DNA of 64,000 nt, from positions 15,624,001 to 15,688,000 of the forward strand of contig NW_024704748.1 in NCBI RefSeq assembly GCF_018977255.1, written 5' to 3'. Positions 24,092 to 34,360 of this stretch are shown piece after piece. Within the stretch, counting starts at the first letter, position 1, and each line of letters begins with the position of its first letter. The notes under the pieces are model-generated. The model was not told the origin of the DNA, did no database searches, and was given only the letters and a program-made list of their open reading frames with translations. Both the position numbers and the translations under genes were made by a program. The stretch is from Callorhinchus milii. Its lineage: Eukaryota.

Positions 24092-24407
24092 GGAGTCCTG
24101 TAGCTCAGTGGTTAGAGCACTCGCCTTGCAAGCGAGACAGCTGGGTTCAATTCCAGGCAGGGTGAAACCTTGGGCAAGTTTCCTTACTCCACACGCCTAA
24201 TAATAATCCCTCCAAAACAAAACAATAATAAATTGATCATTTTCAATCCACGACTGTATGTGGGACACTGCTGTGCGCAATTGGCTGCCACGTTTCGCCC
24301 ACAAATATACGGTCAATTCACTTTACAGCATATTCTGTGAAGCGCTTTGAGACGTCTAGAAGATGTGAAAAGCGCTATATCAAATGCAAGGATTATTATT
24401 ATTATTA
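24092..24407 (+). mobile_element. Full-length young tRNA(Ala)-derived SINE (best reference copy)
   Basis: GGAGTCCTGTAGCTCAGTGGTTAGAGCA CTCGC-CTTGCAA-GCGAG (intact anticodon arm, TGC=Ala), B-box GGGTTCAATTCC, Deu-like TGTGGGACACTGCTGTGCGCAATTGGCTGCC, tail ACGTC-TAGAA-GATGT, (ATT)n. Confidence 0.97.
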
Positions 24408-25506
24408 TATATTGATTTATTCATTCACTTTTGGTCACTTTCTCTCTCTGGACGGGAACAGGACATATTCTCACTTTTAATGTTGAACACACACAGGGAG
24501 GGAACAACATGCTTTATCTGCCTGGACAATGGGGTTTAACATGATCCATATTATCATCAGTATGATGAGCCCATTTCCCATTGAATCCATTTTGCTATCT
24601 CTAGGTGATCTTGCCAACAAATACTGGCTTAGGAGTTTATTTCCTGCTGTTGACTATTAGGAACATAGTTTAGACTGACTAACCAGATTTCATTACAAAC
24701 AGCAGACAAAGGATACTTCAGACATCACTCCTATCACTCCTGAATTAGATTCATAAGAGATGAAAGTGAAATCTACTGTACTACCTATAAAACATTGATG
24801 CACATAAAAGTATTAAATGGAAAAAACACCCCAAGGCTGACTTTGACCTAGTCACTCAATACTTTGATAAGTATACAAAATATCAAATTAAGCAGCTTGA
24901 CAGCAAATGTGATGCTGTCACATTAAGTGAACAAGTAAAACTTGACTTTTGGGAAACTTTTATTCTCCTGTCCTTGTTCTTGCATTTTTTAAAAAAATAA
25001 TCGAAACAAAATGTCACAACTCAAATAAATAAAAAAAAGCCACTTTTCTCTTAATCATCTGGGACTGAGAGTGAGATAATTAATCCAAAAGATTGTTCAT
25101 TACAAGAAATGACTGCTTAGAATGAGAGACGTCTGATTAAGATCAGAGTTTCTCACTTTAAAATGCCAAGGTGCCAGATTAGTTTTGCTTTCGCCCACTC
25201 AGCCCTTTTACAACACAACCTTTCAGTTTACCAGAATATATAGTGGGCTCATTCCACCCATGCCTCTATCTCTGCAAAGATATATTGGACATGTCCATTC
25301 TCTTGAAAGTCCCCTTTTTTAGGATTGATGTCGAGAGAGAATCTAAACATATCACCCACATTCGCATTCAGGAAATGGTACATCTGATTTTTCCAAAGCT
25401 GAAGGTCAATGGTGCAGTCAGTTCCTTGACAGCTCGAGGTTTGGTTGTCACACACTGTGGTCCCACACACATGAAACAGATAGGAGTGAATGTATTTCCG
25501 TCCCAA

Positions 25507-25702
25507 AAATCCCTCCAAAACAAAACAATAATAAATTGGTCATTTTCAATCCATGGCTGTTTGTGGGACACTGCTGTGCGCAATTGGTTGCCATGTTTCA
25601 CCCACAAATATACGGTCAATTCACTTTATTCTGTGAAGCACTTTGAGACGTTGAGAAGACGTGAAAAGTGCTATATCAAATGCAAGGATTATTATTATTA
25701 TT
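25507..25702 (+). mobile_element. Young SINE, 5'-truncated
   Basis: Begins at AATCCCTCCAAAACAAAACAATAATAAATTGG and runs to the (ATT)n tail. Confidence 0.93.
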
Positions 25703-26114
25703 TGAAGTACCAATAAATTGGAATGGGACAAACCCTTCAATCCATCAGAAAGGTTTGACTTTACTTGTACTGCAGATTGTCACTTGAATGTCAACAAAAA
25801 AACTAATATGGAACGAGGTACATAGGTACAGATGAGGGGCAAGTGGGTAGTGAAGGAAGAACACAAAGCATCTGATAGAGAAATAAGGAAATGAAAAAGA
25901 AGCCTTGTAATCGCAGATATTGTTACTGGGAGGCTGACAAGTCTTTTGATTTTAAGTCTTTCCAAAGCATGCCCTGGGCAGCGATTGAGCAGAAGGTTCC
26001 AGCACTGCACGTGTCCACAACATCTCATCTACAACAATGAAATTCAGGGAGCTGACAGCAAGTTGCATCTCTCATTTCTTTCTCATTCTCAATAAAAAGG
26101 AGTTCAAAATGAAT

Positions 26115-26470
26115 AACAAAACAAAATAAAAATTTCATATAGCACTCTTCACATCAACAACAACTTGCACTTACATAGCACCCTCCACACAGGGTAGCAT
26201 CTCAGAGCACATCAGGAGGACATCTCAAAGCTCTTACAGAATATACTGTAAAGTGTAGTGACTGTTATTTTGAAGGTGGTTGGGGCACTAATTTACACAA
26301 AGCAATGTCCCACAAACATCCATAAAATAAATGATCAATTTTATCTGGGAGATTGTTGGCCAGGACACAAAGAAAAACTCCCATCTCTTTTTCAATCGTG
26401 CCACTGGATCTTTGAAATCCACCTGAACAGGCAAACGGGACTTTCGTTTAACATCTCACCCAAAGAACAT
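26115..26470 (-). mobile_element. Old Deu SINE with an inserted L2-type tail (26155-26210)
   Basis: CAACAACTTGCACTTACATAGCACCCTCCACACAGGGTAGCATCTCAGAGC inside ...ACATC[insert]AGGAGGACATCTCAAAGC...CCACCTGAACAGGCAAACGGGAC. Confidence 0.7.
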
Positions 26471-26697
26471 CGAGTCTGCTGTGATTTCAAACATTTGGAA
26501 GAGTCTGCGAACCTAGTTTCCAGAACAAACATAGCACCGTCTGATGTGGCTTTTCCAGCTGGTTATTTTTAATGTATTGGTCTTTCGGAGTAGTTTTAAA
26601 GGGAAACTCCAGGTTCCCCCCAAAATATTCCATTTAGAAAGTAAAATAAAGATTGGTATTAATCCAGCCTGTTCCTCCTGTATTACCACTGACAACT

Positions 26698-26848
26698 AAA
26701 TCATAGAATCATAGAATTATACAGCACAGATGGAGGCCATTCGGCCCATCGTGTCTGTGCTGGCTCTTTGAAAAAAGCTATCTAAATCAATCGCATTCCC
26801 ATGCTCTCCCCCCATAGTCCTGCAAACTTGTCCTCTCCAAATACACAC
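26698..26848 (-). mobile_element. CR1-clade (shark HER1-like) LINE 3' end
   Basis: CATAGAATCATAGAA tail repeat followed by ACAGCACAGATGGAGGCCATTCGGCCCATCG, the reverse complement of the CR1 3' stem-loop/octamer tail. Confidence 0.8.
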
Positions 26849-26859
26849 CTGAGTTGCTC

Positions 26860-27050
26860 ATGTAGGTTTCTGCAATGGTTCAAGTGTTAATGCCATTGCC
26901 AACCTGAAACAAAGCCACACAGATCAGGACAGCCGTGGACTGGATCCCTGGCTGTGCTGTGTTAGATGATCTCAGCTAGGGTATTGGTGGAAGCACATTT
27001 TGCATCAGTATCCCCAGTTTAGGAAATGGAAACAAGTCACCAAGGGATGA
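26860..27050 (+). mobile_element. AmnSINE2-like old SINE, 5' part
   Basis: GCCACACAGATCAGGA...GATCCCTGGCTGTGCTGTGTTAGATGATCTCAGC; related segments at 28370-28520(-), 40180-40430, 54140-54340 and 59405-59550. Confidence 0.5.
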
Positions 27051-27270
27051 GCTATTGAGAAAGTCTGAGATGGAATACTTAATTATTTATTTTATGAGAT
27101 CAAAATGAATTTTAGGTATAAATCTATCATAAATTCAGATTATTTTTCTTCCTCCTTGGCTGGCTCCTCAGGCAATCCCTTGATTAAGAGCCTTCTTCTC
27201 AATGCATTGATGTTAACTGTAATGCAAAGTGAGTCTTTCTCTTTAATATAATAATAATCATTCTGTTGAT

Positions 27271-27408
27271 TAAAAAAAAGCAAAGTACTGCAGATTCTGG
27301 AAATCTGGTTTACAGAAATTGTTGGGAACACGCAGCAGGTCAGGCAGAATCCATAGAAAGAGGAAAATGAGTTCACGTTTCAGGTCAATGACCTTTCATC
27401 AGAACTCG
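27271..27408 (-). mobile_element. Penelope-like element terminal fragment with 10-bp TSD
   Basis: GCAGCAGGTCAGGCAG...GAGTTCACGTTTCAGGTCAATGACCTTTCATCAGAACTC matches my recollection of the common chondrichthyan Penelope end; flanked by TTCTGTTGAT at 27261-27270 and 27409-27418. Confidence 0.75.
27369..27407 (-). ncRNA. Minimal type I hammerhead ribozyme motif (probably inactivated, GUG at the cleavage site)
   Basis: Minus strand GAGUU-CUGAUGA-A-AGGUC-AUU-GACCU-GAAA-CG-UG-AACUC: stem I GAGUU/AACUC, both catalytic boxes, stem II, minimal CG stem III. Confidence 0.7.
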
Positions 27409-27733
27409 TTCTGTTGATAAAGTCTTTTTCACATCAGGAGGCCAAATCAGAGTGCAAATAACTCTCTGAATAAGTGCAACATTGAAGGTGTTGCTTTGCT
27501 TATTTAGGTCATCAGTTCAGGGTGGGCAGAGAATGCTTCACCTGGAATTCACGACTGAACCTTCACCAGCCCCACCACAACGATTACTCAGAATGAATTC
27601 AAGACCATCCATTTTAGAGAAGGAAGATGACATTGTAAATGAATGATGGTTTGTGGAATCCTCGTGATGCATTTGAATAAGCTGCTTGAGTCACACATAC
27701 TTCCTTTTATTGCAGGAAAGCGGTAACGGGCTT

Positions 27734-27778
27734 TGACGTCACTTGACCTGTGGCTTTACTGAAACTCATAAGCACGTG
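27734..27778. promoter_or_regulatory. Cluster of full CRE + nuclear-receptor half site + E-box
   Basis: TGACGTCA (27734-27741), TGACCT just downstream, CACGTG (27773-27778); CpGs retained in a CpG-poor background. Confidence 0.3.
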
Positions 27779-28697
27779 AAGCTTGTTGGCCTGGCTGTGG
27801 TATTCAACAGACCCTTGGATTAGGTTGTCTGAAAACTAGGTTTTTTAGTGGTTTCCTTTGCAGGCTTTCACTATGTGGATGGAAAGTAAAATACTGTAGT
27901 TTCAGTGTTTACTTTGTATTATATGTGGCACCTGTGAAACCATTTCCAAATGCAATCAAAGATCTTTATCTACTATAAAAAGAGATAGGCTCCAGATGAT
28001 TTTTGCTGACTTCTCTCACTCCACTGTCACAAGCTTCAACTCATCCAAACCTGTGTGGGTGAGTCCTGTAACGGACAACCCCCACTCCTTGTCCTGGCCA
28101 AACTTCACTGATTCCCAGTGTGGGACTTCCCACACGTCAAATTCTCCACAGCCTCACTCAGATTACTGGAATCATATCTAGCCTAAGAATCAGAAGCACC
28201 CTGGGTTTTAGGGAAACACAATAAGAGGAAACCATCCAGCTCCCTAGGCTTGAGTAACCCACAGTGAGAGGAAATATTTGCACCAAGAGGAAATCACATG
28301 CGCTTAAGATTCAGGCATTGACAATCTTACGAATATCGAAAGCAAATATTCCAGTCTCTCTATGAGTGGGAACCTTTGCAGTTTTTCCTCTCCCCATTCT
28401 GTGCGTTATGAGACCAACTGCAATGCCCCAACAACTGCTGTGGCTGAGTTTAGCAAGCTCAACAAAGAAAAGGGATCAAAGCGGAGATCATCCTGCTCTG
28501 TATGATGCAGTCCTAAACTACCTAATGAATTTACAAACTCCTATCCTAGTTATGTGTTTGTTTCATACACTGGTCACTATTTACATGTAAAGCTCATCAA
28601 TGCAAATGTGTTGGTGCAGTATTTTGGATCAGAGGTCAGCGTTTGCAAATGAGAGAGTAGAGGAACAAACATGGACATTAAATATGCAGACAGGTTT

Positions 28698-28925
28698 ATA
28701 ATAATAATCATCATCTTTGCATTTAATATAGTGCCTTATCACGTCATTGAACCATCTCAAAGTGCTTCACAGAATATACTGTAAAATGTACTGACTGTAT
28801 ACTTTGTGGGTGAAACGAGACAGCCTATGTTGGCTTCAATACAATAACAACAAAATCATATTTGTATAGTGCCTTTCACGTCGGGAGGACGTCTCAAGGC
28901 GCTGGACAGACAGAGTTTCGGACAA
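28698..28925 (-). mobile_element. SINE 3' fragment (28698-28830) abutting an L2 tail (28838-28925)
   Basis: TTTGCATTTAATATAGTGCCTTATCACG...GTGGGTGAAACG, then CAATAACAACAAAATC...TTTCACGTCGGGAGGACGTCTCAAGGCGC. Confidence 0.85.
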
Positions 28926-29477
28926 GACAGGTGCCAAGGAATATCCTCCTGACATGAAAGGTGTTATATAATTACAATTTGTTGTTGTTTGCAACCATAA
29001 GTTATTGTTACGATCTCTATAACTCTGATTAAAAAAAACATTTTTATAGAGTAGAAATATAATTTAAAGAAGGGTTAAAATACTTTCAAATAAGAAACAG
29101 AAGGTTGTTTTGTAGCACTGTTAGAATGGGAAATCCCAATCTATCAGTGACAATTTTGCTGCAACTAGTGGGCAGTGGTAGTTCTTCCCATTATGGAGTG
29201 AAGTCTGTGTTGAGAGCTTTTATTTTGTTAAGGTGAAATTTCTCCTTTATTAACAGTCCAAGTTTATGTTAGACTGGAATACAATTTACTGTCCAAAGAA
29301 CAGGTACCGCCAGAGGCAAAAATTACAAACTATCCACTTGCCTTCAGTTTGCTTATCGTAACATAGAGCATGATTTATCTGGTGCACAATATTATAGTAG
29401 AATTTTTGGATCACTTATGCACTGTGAGTACCTTAAAGTTCCCCACTAAGCCACTAACGTGATAAACTGCTTCGTGC

Positions 29478-29715
29478 GGCAGGTTATACACACCATCCCT
29501 TCATCCCTGGAACCTGGGCTCAAATCCAATTATAGATTTAGAGAATTGAGGATTCCTTTATCTGCTGACTAAAAGGGTTCCATATGAAATGAGTTCAGGT
29601 AGTCTCAAATTATCCACAGTTTAAAAAAAATCATAATTTGACATTGAATTGGCAATCACTGAAGGCTGATGTATGAAATGGAAATGTCGCATTGGCAGCG
29701 GTCCCAGACCACGAA
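29478..29715 (+). mobile_element. LF-SINE-like relic
   Basis: CCTGGGCTCAAATCCA head, CCATATGAAATGAGTT and CATAATTTGACATTGAATTGGCA motifs, reminiscent of the LF-SINE body; parallels 16165-16625. Confidence 0.45.
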
Positions 29716-29880
29716 GAAGCTTTTTTTNCTGTCTACTACGCAGCTTTTTTCCTGTATACGCCCAAAAGTGAAAATGCATTGCATCAGCGATAGGCTGTTA
29801 TGTTCCTTCTGCAGATAGAGAAGAAACACGATCTGTGCAATTCACATTTAGGTTAACCCTTGACATCATGTGATTGGTGA

Positions 29881-30510
29881 CACACATACAATACAAAAAT
29901 ACATTTGTAAAGTGCCTTTCACGTCAGGAGGACATCCCAAGAGCATGAACAGTCAGGGATTAGGACCCAAGCTGTGGGGTGGGGGTTGGGATCAGGGAAG
30001 GTGGAGGGATGAGAGGGTAGGAGGGTGGCCGAAGGCACGGTCGAAGAGGAGGGCCTTGACATGGGTCTTGAAGAAGGCAAGGGAGGGAGCGAGGCAAAGG
30101 GAATGTGGGATGGAGTTCCAGAGGGTGAGAGCAGAGAGGCTGAAGGCCCGACCACCGATGGTGGAGCGGGCTGGGCGGGGGAACGTGGAACAGGCTGGTG
30201 CCTGCTGAGCAGAGGGAGCAGATAACTAGATAAGGGGTTATCAGGTTGGAGAGCTAGGAGAGGGCAAGGCCATGGAGGGCCTTGATGGTGAGGACGAGAA
30301 TTTTGAACTCGATTTTCTGAGGGATGGGGAGCCAGTGGAGCCAGGCGAGGAGCTTGGCACGGGAGAGGACACGAGCTGTAGAGTTCTAGATGATCTGCAG
30401 CTTGTGGAGGGAAGAGTTGGGAAGGCCGACAAGCAGGGTGTTGGCATAATCGAGCCTGGTTGTAATCAAGGCATGTATGAGGGTTTTGGCGGCTTTTTGG
30501 AAAGATAAAG
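29881..30510 (-). mobile_element. L2 LINE 3' end including degenerate ORF2 C-terminus
   Basis: Translates AAKTLIHALITTRLDYANTLLVGLPNSSLHKLQII and, after frameshifts, HWLPIPQKIEFKILVLTIKALHGLA: hallmark L2 ORF2 motifs; L2 tail at the 3' end. Confidence 0.95.
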
Positions 30511-30811
30511 AAGGCATTTTTGAACTGGGCGCAAAACAACAAGAACTGCAAATATCATTCATCTGCCATTTTGATTCCTGCATGAAATTCAGGTTCTCTT
30601 TAGGTGGAGGAGAGTTGCTCTGGTGCAGCTGGACACAGCTTTGAGGATGCTGTTAAAAGCTATCAATGAAGCACAGTAAAGGGTTAGACCTGTGCTTCAG
30701 TGAGAACAAACAATGGAGGACTGTTTTATTTTCCAGCACTAACAATTCCATCAGCAAAAAAAACACACCACAAAATCCTGTGTTCAAGGACTCAGAGACA
30801 CTACCCTGAGT

Positions 30812-31069
30812 GGAGTCCTGTAGCTCAGTGGTTAGAGCGCTCGCTTCACAAGCAAGAGACCTGGGTTTGATTCCTGGCGGGATGAAACCTTGGGCAAGGT
30901 TCCTTACTCTACATGCCTGATAATAATCCCTCAAGAAAAAACACAATAATAAATTGGTCACTTCAATCCATGACTGTTTGTGGGACACTGTGGGGCGCTT
31001 TAAGACGTCTAGAAGATGTGAAAAGCGCTATATCAAATGCAAGGATTATTATTATTAGTAGTATTATTA
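30812..31069 (+). mobile_element. Young SINE with internal deletion, nested in an L2-type tail
   Basis: Full tRNA head; body jumps from TGTGGGACACTG to GCGCTTTAAGACG; flanks GAGACACTACCCTGA and GGTTGCTATATGAATGCAAG(TTG)n are the two halves of an L2 tail. Confidence 0.93.
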
Positions 31070-32256
31070 AGGTTGCTATATGAATGCAAGTTATTGTTGT
31101 TGATATTGTTGTAAAGAGGCTTTTCTAAGCCATCTCAAGGTCCTGTTTCCCCAGGGAAAGAAACAATTCTCTACCTATCAATAGAAACCTTATAGATCCT
31201 TCATTTAATTACCCTATGTTCTATGCAGGCATATAGAATGAAAATCACACTGAACAGAACAAACAGAATAATGTTATATACAAAATGTGGGAGTTATGGA
31301 GACAAGCAATAGGCACAAAAGAAATCACAGCATTGGACTGGATTGTTAAATTACAAAAATGAAGGGTTGTTCCTTAATTATTATCAATGATTGGTAGGGG
31401 AGAATACCATGTTATATCACTGTTCCTCACACATAAAAATTGTGAAAGACTTATGGATGGAATAAGGGAAAAATTTCAGTCATTTCTTTTGATTTTTACC
31501 AATCTGTAAAAAAAGTTTACCAATCTATTTGTACCTATTAAACAGACCATTTTTGGGGATATGTTGGTACCAATGCTCTACACTGTAGCTTCTTGTGTGT
31601 CATTGTTGGGAGAAGGCTATTTTATTTAGTACAGTAAAGCATGCTATGGTACAATGAAGGATGACCCAGAAACATGATGTGGTGAAGAGTGACCAGCAGC
31701 ACAGCGTGACAAAGAGCAACAGGATTGCAAATAATCTCTGAGATGCTCAGACACTGTGCAAAGCACTGCAAAAAAACAACACTGGTAAATAAATGTCTCC
31801 AGTCACTAAAATATCCAGCAGCATATTTTAATATACTGCATTAACTCAGTTTAAAAAAAACTATACACATGTTGCCTATTAGGCTGTATTTATGTACATG
31901 CTATCTTTGCTAAGATACAATATGAACAGTATTGTGCTTCTGTATTGCTGTCCTCAGGGTGCCAGCAAGAATAAGTACTGGAGTTTGCCCAGTATTAATA
32001 CTCTTAGGAAGAAGGTGAATGGCCTGACAGCTAAAAATAAGAGAGGAGCCAGATCTTCTCCCTTTCAACCACTTACACGTTGGTTCTAGGGTATTTGAAA
32101 TTGTGATTAATGCCGTCTGAGCTCAGCCAAACAGAAACCAAACAGACTTTTATTAAAATACAAACTCTATAGAGAAATTTGAATCTGAACCCAAACAACC
32201 TTGAAAGGACTGCTCCAAAGAAGACTCAAAAGAAAATACTCATTTTTCAGCCTTAC

Positions 32257-32340
32257 CTTTCGATCTGCTATTCTCTTAACTTCACCACTTCCTGGGAGGA
32301 AGCTCCTATTTGGCTCTTTGCTTGATAAACATCTGCCCAT
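32257..32340 (-). CDS. Candidate first coding exon MGRCLSSKEPNRSFLPGSGEVKRIADRK (unidentified gene)
   Basis: ATG to strong AAG|GTAAGG donor in phase 0; MG-x-C-L-S N-terminus; CATAAAAG about 40 nt upstream; no homolog recognised; out-of-frame upstream ATGs present. Confidence 0.25.
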
Positions 32341-32689
32341 ACATTGGAATTATTGCAATCCTCCCATTTCACCCAAGATCCTTTTATGGGCCACAGTGTA
32401 AACTCAGATGGGAGGGGGGAGATGGAGGAGTTCAGTGTATCATTATAGTGAAATGGAATTCAACCTTTTCATTATTCCTAAACCAGAATTTTCTAAAATT
32501 CAGTTCCTCATATTTACATTTAATGAGATTTGACCTGTGGGGGTGAGATATACAGTTGTCAACAGTGTCATGGCACTGAGACATGTCATCTATTTCCATC
32601 CACTAGGCAGAGAAGGTTGTACATATACATGTACTATTACTGCATTTGTTGGGCTGTTAGATGTAGGAATTTGCACTTACAGTCGGTGT

Positions 32690-33000
32690 AGGTGAGATAT
32701 TATGCCTGTTATCAGTGTTAGTTGGACAATGACCAAAAAACAGATGGTCTGTTTAGACAAGATATTATAGCTATTGTCATTTTGTTAGACACAATAATCC
32801 ACAGACAGATGGTCAGTCAGTTAGGTAGGATACCCCAGCTGTTGTCAGTCTGTGAGACAGTGAGCCACAGACAGACAGTCAAGCAGCGCAAGTGAAATAT
32901 TACAGCTGATATCTGTCAGGAACAGAGTAATCCCAAGGTAGGTTGGCAATCCATGTAGAAGAGATATCACCATTGCTGTCAGTGTCAGTTAGGACATCAA
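32690..33000. repeat. Degenerate minisatellite, ~65-bp unit, about 5 copies
   Basis: Recurring GAGATATTA-CAGCTGTTGTCAGT...CCACAGACAGATGGTC periodicity. Confidence 0.7.
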
Positions 33001-34230
33001 TTAATGAACCCTAAATTCCAAATTAAAAAACTATCACTTAGTTATATATCTTAGTATATCTTAGTTATATATACTATGTCACAGTCATGAGAATGGCAGG
33101 CAAATAACCTCCTATATCTCTGCTACCTCTGTAATGCAACACAGCCTCCTAGTACAATACATTCTCTCTCTATGGGAATGGCTTTTCTCTGCAGACCCCA
33201 CTTTCACCATATTTTTGGCAGAAATTAGGATTTTTCTGCACTTAGTTGTAACAATGTACTATTATGCTGTAATCTCATACAAGAACTGCAATACTATATT
33301 TCAGTTCCGCTGGCTAGGAATCTCAGAGTGACATGGCCGGCCAGCTTGGTCTTTTTAGTTGTGGTGTAATAGGCAAAATCATCAGCTATCCTGAGCATAA
33401 AATCAAAACGACTTTGAGGAAAAGCATTGTGCGAAAAAGAGACTCAAGACAAATGCGAGGATTCACAGAAAAGCCTTCTTACATCGATTGTAAGATTGTG
33501 TTCTGGTGAGACCATGTGCATTTATTCTATGGGACAACTTCACAAAACCCTTATGCTTATTACTCACAACCAATAACTCATTCTCTTTGGAAGGCACCTG
33601 GAGCTCCATGACCCAATTGCTAATAGAAGGAAATCTGAGACACTGTGTTCCCTCTGAGACAAATGGTCCCTCTCCAAAATATCCAAAGGTTTTTTTTAAA
33701 CATTGAAATGAGAGTTTATTCTTCAGATCCATTGTAGCAATCATTTGACAAACAAATAAAAACGGGACAATTTTTCACGCTTGTCTCCCTTGTGCACGTG
33801 CAGAATGTCGAAAATTTATCATTTCGGTACATTGGCAAAGATCCATCTTATAGTGCTAACTGCCCTCTCTTTTTGCCTTGTCTATGTGCTGCTCCTTTCT
33901 TACAACTGAATGGCTAGCTGAATGACTATCTAATAAACCCTTCTCTAACCCGTACCTCAACTTCAAATGAAAAACCCAGTCAGAAATAGTGCTATCTATT
34001 CCTCAAGCCTATTCACTGTGAAATGGGAAAGATTCCCGTATTCAGCAGTTTCGTTTAATGCACAAATTCATGCTGCAACATCAAATTTTAGATGGAGGTA
34101 AGCCTCAAAGCATCACAGGATTCATTGTAAAGTGTAGTGACTGCGTATTTTGTAGGCGATTTCATAATGGTGAAATCCTGAGATTATAGCATGAGTTGCC
34201 AGATTATTATAATATGTTTTATACCAATCT

Positions 34231-34360
34231 AGCAAAATCACAGCACCAGCAAAGGTTTACAAAACAATCTCAATGCTGTCAAATCTGGTAGACATGTTGC
34301 ACCATTGCACCAGATTTTTACGACATGCATACATATATGGTTTGGTCTCGAGATTTTGCT
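34231..34360. repeat. Imperfect nested palindrome (old MITE-like)
   Basis: AGCAAAATCACAGCACCA / TGGTCTCGAGATTTTGCT outer arms; AAATCTGGT / ACCAGATTT inner arms. Confidence 0.55.

Noticed and set aside
24092-24165. tRNA-Ala(TGC) gene (and similar heads at 19880, 20657, 30812, 42075, 45239, 47335, 62760)
   Set aside because: A/B boxes and the anticodon arm are present, but each continues into the same SINE body with no oligo-T terminator; these are SINE heads
25243-25716. 157-aa plus-strand ORF
   Set aside because: The C-terminal half is SINE sequence (the ...CYIKCKDYYY motif recurs in many SINE-derived ORFs); non-ATG start
29728-29728. Single N base
   Set aside because: Assembly ambiguity or placeholder gap, not biology; adjacency across it should be treated cautiously
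29919-30551. 210-aa Pro/Ser-rich ORF and overlapping ORFs
   Set aside because: Alternative-frame readings of a C-rich decayed L2 element
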